Source of the DNA: Azolla caroliniana
Lineage: Eukaryota > Plantae > Polypodiophyta
Direction: 5' to 3'
Assembly: GCA_043228905.1 (NCBI GenBank)
Contig: JBHGNT010000005.1
Coordinates: 16,740,001 to 16,804,000 of the forward strand
Length of the DNA stretch: 64,000 nt
Made by a program: the position numbers and the translations under genes. Under the pieces are notes generated by a model. The model was not told the origin of the DNA. It was given only the letters and a program-made list of their open reading frames with translations, and did not search any database. Positions 11,530 to 23,900 of this stretch are shown here, piece by piece (within the stretch, counting starts at the first letter, position 1; each line of letters opens with the position of its first letter).

Positions 11530-12326
11530 CTCCTTGCCACCCGCCTTCACGTCGGGTTCACCAACGGTGTCGTGCCTTTCGGCTCCGGATCGTTTGCGTG
11601 AGTCGGGTGGGAACCACCGGGGTTTTGGACTAGGAGGAGGAAGAATTTGAGGCTAATCTTGTGAATCCCACAAGTATTACATTAATCAATATTTATGTAA
11701 GAATATGAATTTAGATTGAAAGAGATAGATTATCTTAAACTTCGTGAATCCCACGAGTATATTTTATTGATTGTTGGTGTTTTAGGAAATATATCCAATT
11801 TCCCAAATATTTTTCACACACCTATTACATTGTGCTCCCCATCCTTATGTAGTGATGGGAGAGACTAAGCATAGCTACATGCTTTTTTTCTAATATGTTC
11901 ATGCACACTAAATGTGCATGTGATGCTTTTCTAATCCTTGCTTTTATTTGCTAAATATAGTGCTCATGCACGCTAGATGTGCATGAGTCACTTTTTAGTC
12001 GCTTGCGTTTTTCTATAAAATATTCACGCACTCTAAAAATACATGATTTACCTTTTAATAAAGGTAGGCGCAAATAAAGCACTTATAGTTATTAAATCTA
12101 TTTATAGAACACTAAAGATAAGGTAGCATAATGGTAAAGTTGAGGTTTGGCTACGTGGAGGTACAAGGTTCAAATCTTGCCCTATGCACGTGATAAATAT
12201 CTTGATATTTTTATTTTATTTATTGGTGATAAATATCTTGATATTCTTATTTTATTTATTTATATGTAATTAAATTGGTTATATTATTTTTACTTTTTCA
12301 CGTAGTGTACGAAATACACTACGACA

Positions 12327-12776
12327 ACGGAAGCTTCGACATGTGACCACAATTGAGCGTGGGCTTGTGAATCCCTACCAGAAGCCCCAACGTTTAATGA
12401 TGCGCCTTGTGGAGATGTTTTCGAATGAAGATGACTGGATATTGGACTTGTTTTCTGGCACAGGTAAATAGTCGAATAAATGTCCCAATGTGTTGAAGGT
12501 TTTATTTATATTTAGACCTATGATAATACTCATTATTTCTTATATATGGTGTTTAGGCACCACTTCGGCATGTGCTTTGAAGCTTTTCCGAAATTCCGTC
12601 GCATTGGAGAAAGATGAGGAGCAGGTGAACTTCATCAACATGAGGCTTCGCACGCTTTGAGAATGCCCCAATCAAGATGAGGAGGTAGGGGCCAAACATA
12701 TGGCAAATATCGAACATTTTCAGCCTGCCTCCCGTGAGCCGATTCCTCCTTTGGCTGGTGAACCTGGGGAACTCGT
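12327..12776 (+). pseudogene. Middle exons of the same methyltransferase (motifs X, I, II; SAM-binding half)
   Basis: Translates RKLRHVTTIERGLVNPYQKPQRLMMRLVEMFSNEDDWILDLFSGT, intron 12464-12556, then GTTSACALKLFRNSVALEKDEEQVNFINMRL. This matches the N6_N4_Mtase consensus HPTQKP..VLDPFxGSGTT..A.KLGR...E. It joins in frame to 2258 (..YPAV|RKLRH) once A and B are removed. Confidence 0.9.
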
Positions 12777-13072
12777 TGTCATGATATGGCAAGACTCGAA
12801 CCCATGACCTTAGGTTATATGGGTCAAGCTCTTGACCATTAGACCATCTATTGTAATACGTAGGATATTATTTTCATTTACATTTTATTATAGGAAATTA
12901 GTGTATATTCCAGATTTCTCTGGAACATTCTAGAAGCTTCAGGATTACTCCTGAAAAACACTATAAAAGAGGGCACTAGGCATTATGTTGAACCAAATTG
13001 GTTCAACGCCAGTCTTAAGCCTTTTAGCCACCGTTGTATATTCTCTTCATAGAATAAATATCTTTCTTATCA

Positions 13073-13112
<40 letters not shown>

Positions 13113-13213
13113 GCTCACTTCTTCCTTCTCTCGAAGAAGTTCCACACCTCTCATAGTACTAATCCTTCGTTTAGTACTAATTCCTTCTCTGTCTCAGTAC
13201 TGTTCATGACAGT

Positions 13214-13225
13214 TTGAACCAATTT
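13214..13225 (+). promoter_or_regulatory. Self-priming (Tf1-type) PBS of C
   Basis: TTGAACCAATTT is the exact complement of AAATTGGTTCAA (12995-13006), about 30 nt after the LTR TATA box at 12962. No TGG tRNA-type PBS is present. Confidence 0.8.
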
Positions 13226-13282
13226 CCCTACCTTCTGTCTCTCTCATTTCCTACTAATCTTTTTCCTCTTTTCTTTCATCCC

Positions 13283-14434
13283 ATGGCCACTGTTAGCGCT
13301 GAAGAATATCAATCTGTTTTCTCGGAATTCCAATGCTTGAAGGAGAAGTTCCATGCTTTGGAACAAGAAAACCAACGGTTGCTGGGGGATCTTCAGCAAA
13401 TCTCCTTAGAAAAGCAGCAAACGCAACAACAACATGGGGAACTTGCGTTACGCGTGCAACAACTCGAAGCCACCATCGTAGCGATGCAACAACATGGGCC
13501 CGGAACACAAGGGATTCATAAAGAACCTAAGATTGGCCTTCCCACGAAGTTCGATGGAACGCGATCGCAGTTTAGAGGGTTCCTTAACCAGGTACGATTA
13601 GTTATTCAAATGCATCCTTCCCGATATCCCACCGATGCATCACGAGTGGGTTTAGTAGGCACTTTGTTAAGTGGCTCAGCGTTGTCATGGTTCGCTCCAC
13701 TATTAGAAAAGGAATCTCCGTTACTCAACAATTTTGAAGAGTTTCTAGGTGAGTTTAAAGCATGTTTCGGAGATACTGACAGCATCAGGACCGCAATCAA
13801 CAAAATCCGGCGATTACGCCAAGGTGACCGTCCAGCCTCCGCATACGCTGCAGATTTTTGCCTATTCGCCGCCGATATCCCTTGGGATGATCAAGCGTTG
13901 ATGGAACAATTCCGTTATGGTTTACGCAACGACGTCAAGGATTTACTCTTGACCTTCCCCGAAGAGCCAAAGTCCTTAACAGAAGCAATCAGTCGCGCGG
14001 TGAGATGTGACAACCGCCTCTTTGAGCGACGTTCGGAACGACAGCTACAGATGCCGAGGGCAAGATCAGAGCCCACCTACGCCTCAGTGGTAGCAAGACC
14101 TTTTCCGAGGGAGTCATATAATGCGTCTCCAGCGAATACTCCGACTCCGATGGAGATTGACACTACACGTCGTCGAGGGCGATTATCCGAAGAAGAAAAG
14201 CAACGACGCCGTACAAATCGACTATGTCTTTACTGCGGTGGACCAGGACATATCGCAATAAATTGCCCCCATAGGCCAAGAAGACAGGTAAACCAAATAG
14301 TCGCTAGTTCTAATTGTACTAAATCCGAACCTATTTCAGTAGGGATATCTGATAGTCCTAATAGTACTAATATCCCAGATCTAGCAAACAAATTTGATGT
14401 CCTTAGTCAGTTAGAAGAAGAGTTAAACGACTAA
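13283..14434 (+). CDS. gag: Gag of C
   Basis: Coiled coil, KFDGTRSQFRGFL, LRQG..ASAYAADF, PTPMEID, knuckle CLYCGGPGHIAINC; first ATG at 13283 (MATVS). Confidence 0.93.
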   Translation: MATVSAEEYQSVFSEFQCLKEKFHALEQENQRLLGDLQQISLEKQQTQQQHGELALRVQQLEATIVAMQQHGPGTQGIHKEPKIGLPTKFDGTRSQFRGFLNQVRLVIQMHPSRYPTDASRVGLVGTLLSGSALSWFAPLLEKESPLLNNFEEFLGEFKACFGDTDSIRTAINKIRRLRQGDRPASAYAADFCLFAADIPWDDQALMEQFRYGLRNDVKDLLLTFPEEPKSLTEAISRAVRCDNRLFERRSERQLQMPRARSEPTYASVVARPFPRESYNASPANTPTPMEIDTTRRRGRLSEEEKQRRRTNRLCLYCGGPGHIAINCPHRPRRQVNQIVASSNCTKSEPISVGISDSPNSTNIPDLANKFDVLSQLEEELND

Positions 14435-17400
14435 GTCCAGCCAAAATAGGAGCCGTTTGGTTGGACAGCCCTAGATCTGTGCAGCCCATTAGTGGTTCCA
14501 TTCCCTCTAAGCAAGTTAGTGATGTGTTCGTAGCCCAAGTAATAGTTAGTACTAAAAGTACCCCTCCAGTACATGTCCTAGCACTCCTAGATTCCGGAGC
14601 TAACTCTTGCTTTATGGATAAGAAATTTGCTCAAGCTCATAAGATATCCCTAAGAAAACTCCAGTGTCCAGCCTCTGTAGTAGTCATTGATGGACGTCCC
14701 ATTGCTTCCGGAAATATCCTAGAAGAGTCAGAGCCCATTAATATTGTCCTAGATAACTTAGTATGTGTAGTATCATTTAATATTATTAGTATCCCAGAAC
14801 ATCCTATAATTTTAGGACTACTGTGGTTCGAGTTACATAACCCTGACATAGATTGGAGAACAAGAGAAATCCGGTGTCGACAAACCCAAGGGTCAACTCA
14901 GAAGATGGCAACCATTTCACTACGTCAGTTGCGTAAAGAAGGGCACAAGGAGGAAATGTTCCTCTTTGCAATATCAGTAAACCCCTCCAACACCACTAAA
15001 GAAGAATCCACCGTTCAACTTCCCGAGAAGTATCGCCATTACACCGATGTGTTCGATAAAGTACAAGCCAACACACTTCCTCATCATCGACCGTACGATT
15101 GCCCCATCGATTTACAACCGGGAAAAGAGCCGCCATGGGGACCGATCTACAATTTGTCACCAACCGAGCTGGAAGTCCTTCGGGCCTATATAGAGGAGAA
15201 TTTGGAAAATGGTTTCATTCGGCATTCGAAATCTCCAGCCGGTGCGCCCATTTTCTTCGTCAAGAAAAAAGATGGATCGCTTCGTCTCGTTGTAGATTAC
15301 CATGGCTTGAATAAGGTTACAATCAGGAATAGGTATGCTCTTCCCCTTATCTCAAGTCTTTTAGAACGGATCAATGGTGCTAGGTTCTTCACGAAGATCG
15401 ACTTACGGGGAGCATATAACCTCGTACGGATCCGACCAGGAGACGAATGGAAGACCGCGTTTCGCACCAGATATGGGCACTTCGAGTATACTGTCATGCC
15501 GTTCGGCCTCACTAATGCGCCGACAGTCTTCCAGCATATGGCTAATGATATATTCCGAGATCTACTGGATGATTGTTTGATCATCTATTTGGATGATCTA
15601 CTGGTTTATTCAAAGACCCAAGAAGAACATGATTCTCATGTACTATTAGTACTAAAACGACTTCGAGAACATGGTCTGTATGCAAAGCTAGAAAAATGTA
15701 GTTTCGGGTGCAACCAAGTGGAATTTCTCGGCTACATCATTTCGTCAGAAGGCATCTCCATGGACCCAGCTAAGGTCAGAACGGTGGTAGAATGGCAGAC
15801 TCCGCGTTCGGTACGGGATGTGCAATGCTTCTTAGGCTTTGCCAATTTTTACCGGAAGTTCATACAGGATTACTCAAAGATCGTTCTACCTCTCACACAA
15901 CTTACCAGGAAGGGACAACCGTTCACCTGGTCTGAAGAAACGGACATGGCTTTCGAGAGTCTTAAAAAAGCATTTACATCGGCTCCAATTCTAGCTCATG
16001 TCGATCCGGAGAAACCATTCATTATCGAAGCTGACGCATCGGATTTTGCATTGGGGACCATTCTCTCACAACAGGGGAATGATGAAAAGCTACATCCTGT
16101 GGCTTTTCACTCACGCAAGTTTGATGCCGCCGAAATCAACTACGAAATCCATGATAAGGAGCTATTGGCAATAGTGGATTCTTTTATGCAATGGAGGCAT
16201 TTTCTGGAGGGATCCTCTCATCCAGTCACCGTATTTAGTGACCACAAGAATCTTGCCTACTTTCAGGATGCTCGTGTGTTGAATCGACGTCAAGCTCGGT
16301 GGGCCCACTTCCTCACTCGTTTCGACTTCAAAATTACATATCGTCCGGGGAGGCACCAAGGGAAGGCAGATGCATTATCACGGCGTTCGTATCTAGCACC
16401 CCGTCCCGGCGAGCCAGCTTTCGATAACCAAAAACAAGTCATCTTGGGACCAGCACGATTACAAGCAACACAAATCTTTGACATGCCTATGGATTCCCGC
16501 GTTATCGATACCATACGTGAAGACTTGAAGACAGATGCGTTCGCCCAAGCTATACTAGCACAAATTGATCCCTCTCGAGCGTCGTGTTCACAGTCGCAAC
16601 CACCAGGTACGGACTATCGGCAATTCAAATACCATGATGGATTACTCTTCTTTAAAGAACTTTTGTATGTTCCTAATGGTTCTTGCCGCCTTCGAGTAGT
16701 ACAAAACTGTCATGACACATATACAGCTGGGCATTTTGGTAGTACTAAAACATTACATTTAGTACAACGATCATTCTGGTGGCCCTGTATGCGACAATTT
16801 GTCGAGGATTTTGTTCGGACTTGTGATACATGTTGTAGAGCGAAAATGCCAAGGCATCATCCATATGGTTTATTAGAACCATTATCAATTCCAAGCAAGC
16901 CGTGGCAATCCATTGCTCTAGACTTCATCACAGATCTTCCAGTCTCTAAGGGGTTCAATGCGATTCTAACGGTGGTCGATCGATATACGAAGATGGCTCA
17001 TTTCTTGCCATGTACTAAGGAGATCTCCAGTGAAGACACTGCCGAAATTGTCATGCATGAAGTATGTCGGCATCATGGACTCCCCGATAGTATCATCAGC
17101 GACTGTGGACCCCAGTTCGTGTCAAAATTCTGGAAGCACCTTTTTAACATGCTCAAGGTCACTTGTAACCTCTCTTCTGGCTACCACCCACAAACTGACG
17201 GCCAAGCTGAACGAACAAATCAAACGTTGGAGCAGTATCTGCGGTGCTTTCTCAGCTATCATCAGGACGACTGGGCAGATATTCTCCACTTCGCCGAATT
17301 TGCCTATAACAACTCTATCCACGCATCCACTAAAGTTACGCCATTTTATGCTTATACGGGATGTCACCCCCGGTGGAGTGTACTTGAAACCCCAGAGGTG

Positions 17401-18018
17401 TCCACAAATCCGTGCGCGGAGGATCGTTTGGAGCGGTTACGCAAGATACAAGCGGATTTATCTACTCATCTCCAGCAAGCTCAACAAACACACAAGGTCT
17501 ACGCGGATCGTCATCGACTTCCATCTAGTTTTAATATTGGAGATCGGGTGTGGTTGCTACGACGACACATCAAGACTACTCGCCCATGTGAGAAGTTGGA
17601 TTATCGGCGATTAGGTCCCTTCCGTATTATTGGAAAGATTAATGATGTTGCTTTTCGTCTCGATCTACCTCCTCAACTTCGGATACATCCGGTGTTTCAT
17701 AGTTCTCTCTTCGAACCCTACCACGAGAGCACCATCCCAGAACGTCTTATCCAACCTCCACCCCCGATCGAGCTTGAAGATGGGCCGGAGTACGAGGTTG
17801 CCGCCATTCTTGATTCCAAGATTGTTCGCAACAAGCTCTACTATCTAGTCGATTGGCTAGGCTATAGTCCCAGCGAACGTACTTGGGAACCGATCGAGAA
17901 TGTAACCAATGCTCGTGCTCTTCTTGAAGACTTCCATCGTCAATATCCACACAAACCGGGTCCTCAATCCAAGACGACTCGTGACACTCGTCGTTTTAAA
18001 GGGGGGATAGTGTCATGA
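14423..18018 (+). CDS. pol: Pol of C (PR-RT-RH-IN-chromodomain), in the -1 frame relative to gag
   Basis: PR LLDSGA; RT YLDD; RH EADASD; IN HHCC and D,D35E; chromodomain EYEVAAILDSK..YYLVDWLGY..TWEP. The frame is open from 14407; the start shown is the inferred frameshift region. Confidence 0.95.
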
Positions 18019-18306
18019 TATGGCAAGACTCGAACCCATGACCTTAGGTTATATGGGTCGAGCTCTTGACCATTAGACCATCTATTGTAATACGTAGGAT
18101 ATTATTTTCATTTACATTTTATTATAGGAAATTAGTGTATATTCCAGATTTCTCTGGAACATTCTAGAAGCTTCAGGATTACTCCTGAAAAACACTATAA
18201 AAGAGGGCACTAGGCATTATGTTGAACCAAATTGGTTCAACGCCAGTCTTAAGCCTTTTAGCCACCGTTGTATATTCTCTTCATATAATAAATATCTTTC
18301 TTATCA

Positions 18307-18352
<46 letters not shown>

Positions 18353-18451
18353 GCTCACTTCTTCCTTCTCTCGAAGAAGTTCCACACCTCTCATAGTACT
18401 AATCCTTCGTTTAGTACTAATTCCTTCTCTGTCTCAGTACTGTTCATGACA

Positions 18452-18592
18452 CTCGTAGAGCTTGACGATGACTTAATGGAGGACCCCATGTTAGCGAGTC
18501 TATATGGAGTGGATACTACTGCACTAAAAGTGGATGATAGTTCACCGATTGATGATGAATCCAATGATATGGATACTCTCCTAGCGATGTAG
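18452..18592 (+). pseudogene. Acidic C-terminal tail of the methyltransferase gene
   Basis: In frame with 12557-12776 after removing element C and one CTCGT TSD: ..GEPGELV-ELDDDLMEDPMLASLYGVDTTALKVDDSSPIDDESNDMDTLLAM*. Confidence 0.75.
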
Positions 18593-19742
18593 TTAGAGTG
18601 TATAAAAAAACTTTTAATGTATTTACTTCTGATCAAGATCTTTTAATCAATTCTATTTCCTAATATGATCCAATTTACTTGTTTATATGGTGTTATATTA
18701 TGTTTTAATTAATGTGTTGCTATGTTTATATCTTGTGGCACATATTTATTAAATTTGTTAAGATCAAAGAAAATGTATATCTTAAGTATATAGTTAAGAT
18801 CAAAGAAAATGTACGTTCATTCTTCATATTTACCCATCAATTGTGTTTATAAAACTTAGTTCCATGTTTGCTATTGCCAATCACTTTTTGAATTTATTAT
18901 ACTTATAGAATAACTATGATAAATAACATTTACTGGGACTGAAGGAGGCATTGTAGATATTGGGGAGTATTTGCTTTATAAGAGGGGATTGTACAACAAT
19001 AATCCAGTTTCTATGATTGATGGTTGTCTGGACTAGATGTATGGAGGGCTAGATTATTATTACTCCATTTGTATATATTTGTTTAACCTCTTGATTTAGT
19101 GTTTATGTGTAGACAATCAAATGAAAATTGTAATGCATGCTTTAACGTTAATTCCAGAGAGTTATCTCTATTATTGCACCCAAAAATTTAGCACTGCTTA
19201 TACCTTAACAATAGTCATATATGTTTTGGGTATATTCTTGTATGTCTAATGTAATGTAAACCAGTAGTTATGAGTACGCTTTCTACTTCTAATTTTCATG
19301 TGTTGTCATGAACATATACATTTGGTATTATATCCTAATGATCTTTACTAACTATTAGTCATTATGTATTGTATTCAATATTATGTAAATATCAATTTCT
19401 CAAATAGCATATACACCTCTCTTGGAAAGATTAACCACTGTAAACCTATGTTATTCACATCTCGCGAAAATGGAATTCCTGTTTGTTAATGCTTTAGTCA
19501 AATAATTAATTTGTATAAAATGAATGTGTGGTAAAAACCAACCCTAAATTTGTAAACATTGCAAGAATAAATCTAGTACATTTATATTTTCTCCAATAAA
19601 TAGCATGTTCTCTTGGTATAGAGATGTATCCGATTAATAAATCAATAAATTCACCCTTTGTGGTTTATCATGTGATACTGGTGCACGTCATATTTCACGA
19701 CAAGCTAAAATTGTGTGACTATAAAGGGAATCTAAAAGTGGA

Positions 19743-19779
19743 ATGCGCGATCCTTCCACTTCTGAACGCGAACGTGTTA
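19743..19779 (+). repeat. 37-bp motif, copy 1 (direct repeat with 34996-35032)
   Basis: ATGCGCGATCCTTCCACTTCTGAACGCGAACGTGTTA; 34/37 identical to copy 2. Confidence 0.85.
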
Positions 19780-20997
19780 GTTTATGTTTAGACAGGAGTA
19801 TATGTTTAGAGAGGAGCTTATCAGTTTTTTGCCATAGCCTAAGCACATAAGGGTTTAAGCATGCTACGGTGTACCAACTTTTGGCCAAAAATTTAGTACT
19901 AAATCGAGGAAGAAAATAAACATTAAAAATTGAAATAAAACAATTATCATCTATTGAAGGGTGTTCAATTTCAAATAACAAATTCATTACGTAACACTCG
20001 AATGTACAAAGATATTATACATCACACTCGAAATGTCCCAAGGCCGTATTTAATACATTAATTATAACTTCATTCTCCTAGGTAGAGTTGTACGAAAGCA
20101 CACCTGGAGAAGGTTTCGAATGTGATAGTTGGTCAGTCTTTCTCTCTCTCTTCTGTCTCGAAGTTGTCAGACAAACAGTGGCAGAAAGTTAGAAAGACGA
20201 CACATATCTATTACCTATCTCTCTCTTTCTCTCTCTCACTCCACCTTTGATTCTCTATTTCCCCGCGTAGTTGTTGTTGTGTTCCCCTCTATGCCAAGTT
20301 CGATCTCTATCTCTGTATATGCAAAGATTTCTGTTTCCCCGAATTGATGTTCTTGTTGTTGATTTTCTTTCCTTGTGTATGCTCGTTTGTCTCCTTTGCA
20401 ACAGCCTCGTCAACAACCTCTTGCATATAGGTGATTTTGAAGACTTGGTGTGCTCCCAAGGTGTGGTACCTCTGCCTTGACCTTGGCTCCATCTGCCTTC
20501 AACCCATCAATCCATGTGCAACTTGTACGACCTCCAGGTATTCTCTGTGCTGCATGCCCAACTGCTATGTTTTCGTTTTCTCTGTGTTTCCTATCCGTCT
20601 GTTTTTAATTTGTATGTGTATGGGCATTTTTAGGTTTTGATTATTCATAGTCTATGTGTTGCATGCCCAACTGGTATGTTTTCATTTTCTTTGTGTTTCC
20701 TGTCTGTCTGTTTTTAATTTGTATGTGTTTGACATGGATGAGTTTTCTTCCGACTGTTTAGGGTGGTTGTGTGTTTGACATGGTTTGTACATGCAACTTA
20801 GATGGAGTTGGCTATGATGAGTTGCTACGTTTTCGTTTTCTCTGTGTTTCCTGTCTGTCTGTTTTTAATTTGTATGTGTTAGACATGGATGAGTTTTCTT
20901 CCGACTATTTAGGGTTTTTGTGTGTTTGACATGGCTTGTACATGCAATGTGATGATTTGCTATATGTTGATGGTAATTTGATGATTTTTATTCTAGT

Positions 20998-23900
20998 ACA
21001 TGCATATTCATTCAATGAGAATAGTGATGACTAGGACAATGACGAGAAGGACACCCATAAAGAAGACATTGATGAAAGAGAAAGTGAAGACACCAATGAA
21101 GGAAGGAAAAAGGACACCTATCAAAGAAAGCAAGAAGACACCCACAAGAGAAAGGGTGATGAATTCATCAACACAGAGAAAGAAGATGTACCACTCCATC
21201 ATTCGAGACACACCTCTCGGATGGAGTTATTTCCTTCGAGCACGACCTGAAGTTTATCTTGAGCTGAGATAGTGGTTGATAAAAACCTGGGGGTCAGCAC
21301 ATCCCGATACAAGGCGAGGATTCCACATAAGTGGATTGAAAAGGGAATATGTGAACTTATTGAAGACGAGATATGAACATGTTTATGATACAAATCAAAT
21401 CTGTAACAATGAGGTGGGTACTGTTTTTGCACGTGCATTTGCATGTGAAGTTCAGGGTGGCATTGACGTAGATTGGGAAGATTTTAATCGGCACCGGTCA
21501 AAACATTATAAAGGGTCCTCCAGTAGCAACATTAGCTTGAAGTCATCGGGAACCTCTCATGTGGATATTCCGGCTACAACACCTGTCCACCAAGTTCAAT
21601 CTGCAAAGGTACGAGCCACAATGACTGAAAAGCATGAACAGATGATGGCCAGTTGCATAGCTTTTATGAGCTCAAGAATACAAGCACTACTTGCTGATTT
21701 GGAAGCAATTAAATCAGCTGAGATACAAGCAGAAAAGAAATTCTCTTCATTAAAGACTACATATGAATGAAAGTGAGGTGTTGAAAGAGGAGTTGAAGAA
21801 AGAGCTAAACAATATGGGCACTCAATTAGGTTCACAGATGAGAGACCTTGATACTTGCAGGAATGAACATTCCGAAATAGATAATAAGTTGTCAACATTA
21901 AAGTTGCATTCCGAGAACCTTGCGTGCTTCATGTAGGATTTAAAACAAAAAGGTTTAGAAACTTTGTGTCCATCTGTAATTGAGCACCCAAGTGGTATGG
22001 AAAATACCATTACTAGTATAGCTATATCACGGTATTGGCTTTAAAAGTTATTTATTTCTACTTCTGTGGTATAAATATCATATTAGCTAATATATTATAA
22101 CTTGTGTTTGCAATCTGCCAGGTGTATATTTTGTGGCCTCGGATTCAAGCTGGAGGCTATGGATGTTGTGATTACACCGTGCTTGCACACATATCATGTG
22201 CTATGTGCTAAGTATCATTTTGAGAAAGAGAATACATTTATGGATTGTAAAACTACAATTGCGGCTGAGTGGTACTATGCTTGGGGTTTAAAAGTACACC
22301 CGTATGGTATGTGGCTCTACTATTCTATTGTTTGTATTATATGATGTCAATTTACATTTGGATTAGAACTAGTGTGCGCCACAATTCATACTTCAAATTT
22401 AGGAGAACAATGGATTAGTATTAGTGTATCTCTAACAACTAATATGTGGAACCCTAATTATGTGGGTTAGTATTGGCAATACGCTTAATATATTATTGGT
22501 ATGTGTAGTTGAAGGGATATTTTCCAGAATTAGTACTAAAATGGAACTAGGTACAACATCGTCCAATCTATATTGCAACTTGCCTAGTACTAGTTTAGTA
22601 GACACTATACTTGTAGTACATTGTTGACTGTTAGTATTGCTTGTGTAACTTGGGAATTAGTACTAGTTATGTAATTTGGGAACAAGGTGTATAGTAAATT
22701 GCTGAATATTAGTATAGTTTGTGTAATTTGGAAATGAGGTGTGTCAAACACGTATCACATTTAGTACTAATACTGTTCAAGATTAATACTATTGGTGTAA
22801 TTAGTACAAGTTATGTAATTAGGTGTGTAGAACACATATCACGTTTAGTATTACTTGTGTGCAAAATATCACGTTCGTACTAAAATCCAATCTACATTTG
22901 TTGGATTAGATGTTAGTCCAATCTATATTACAACGTGCCTAGTACTAGTGTTAGTACACACTATACTTGTAGTGCATTGTTGACGATTAGTACTTAGCGA
23001 GTAGTACATTGTTCATGATTAGTACTAGTTTTGTAAATTGGGAACTAAGTGAGTAGTACATTGCTCATGATTAGTACTCCTTGTGTAATTTGGGAACTAA
23101 GTGAATAGTGCATTGTGCATGATTAGTACTAGTATAAATTGGGAACTAAGTGAGCAGTACATTGTTCATTATTAGTACTACTTCTGTTCCTTATTAGTAC
23201 TAGTTTAGTAATTTAGGAACTGAGTAGTATATTGTTCTGGATTAGTACATTGTTCATGATTAGTACTATTTGTGTAATTTGGCAACTAATTGAGTGGTAC
23301 ATTGTTCATGATTAGTACTCCTTGTGTAATTTGGCTAAGTTAGTAGTACATTGTTCATGATTAGTACTACTTGTGTAAATTGGGAACTAAGTGAGTAGTA
23401 CATTGTTCACGATTAGTACTAGTTGTGTAATATGGGAACTAGGTGTAGCTTAATGAATTAGTAATGCAGCTCTTGTGACCTACATTGTATATTTTATATC
23501 TTGAAGGTTTTTTGGTTTCTTGCAATGAATGTTGTAGTGTCAAGCAACTCCACGCCAAGGAAGGTAATGGAACAACCGACCCCTGTGCCTAAACCCTCGG
23601 TATCTGCCTAACATTCCAAGGTTCAGGGACCATCATTACCAATAACCTATGAGTTTTATGATGAAAATGAATGTATGAGAAGGGCCATTGGAGTAGTGGA
23701 ACATATGCTTCTACAAACAAATTCCCAAGCTCCGGTCAACCTCAAAACAATCCAGGTAACACAAATTTTGGCAACATATCTTAATTCTCATTTGAGAAAG
23801 TGTTGAATGCCTAATTTCTTTAGAAATAGAGCCAACTAAGAAGAGGAATGCTGCAAGAATGTTGTATGGAAAGGGCAAGAAAGGCAAAGTTGAATGCAAT

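Larger units (their letters stand above)
9242..12326 (-). mobile_element. Element B: non-autonomous LTR element related to A (TR-GAG-like, no pol)
   Basis: 5' LTR 12326-11568, Trp PBS 11563-11546, a single ORF, PPT at 9960-9949, 3' LTR 9948-9242. The two LTRs look identical by eye, implying a recent insertion. Confidence 0.9.
12777..18451 (+). mobile_element. LTR retrotransposon C, Tcn1-like chromovirus, intact and young
   Basis: LTRs 12777-13211 and 18011-18451 differ by about 2 substitutions plus CT-repeat length. TSD CTCGT at 12772-12776 and 18452-18456. PPT AAAGGGGGGATAG. Both ORFs are open. Confidence 0.97.

Noticed and set aside
9901-11550. B ORF as an envelope protein
   Set aside because: No signal peptide or transmembrane segment; the N-terminus is Gag.
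2255-12330. A+B as a single TIR transposon with inverted flanks
   Set aside because: Each half has its own PBS, PPT and LTR pair; two independent insertions explain the inverted ends.
12793-12846. Functional tRNA genes in LTRs
   Set aside because: A and B boxes are present but I could not build a convincing cloverleaf or anticodon arm; reported as tRNA-like cassettes only.
13075-13110. CT microsatellites and poly-C tracts (also 18308-18347, 40615-40633, 53711-53730)
   Set aside because: Ordinary LTR-internal simple repeats; the short ORFs across them are spurious.
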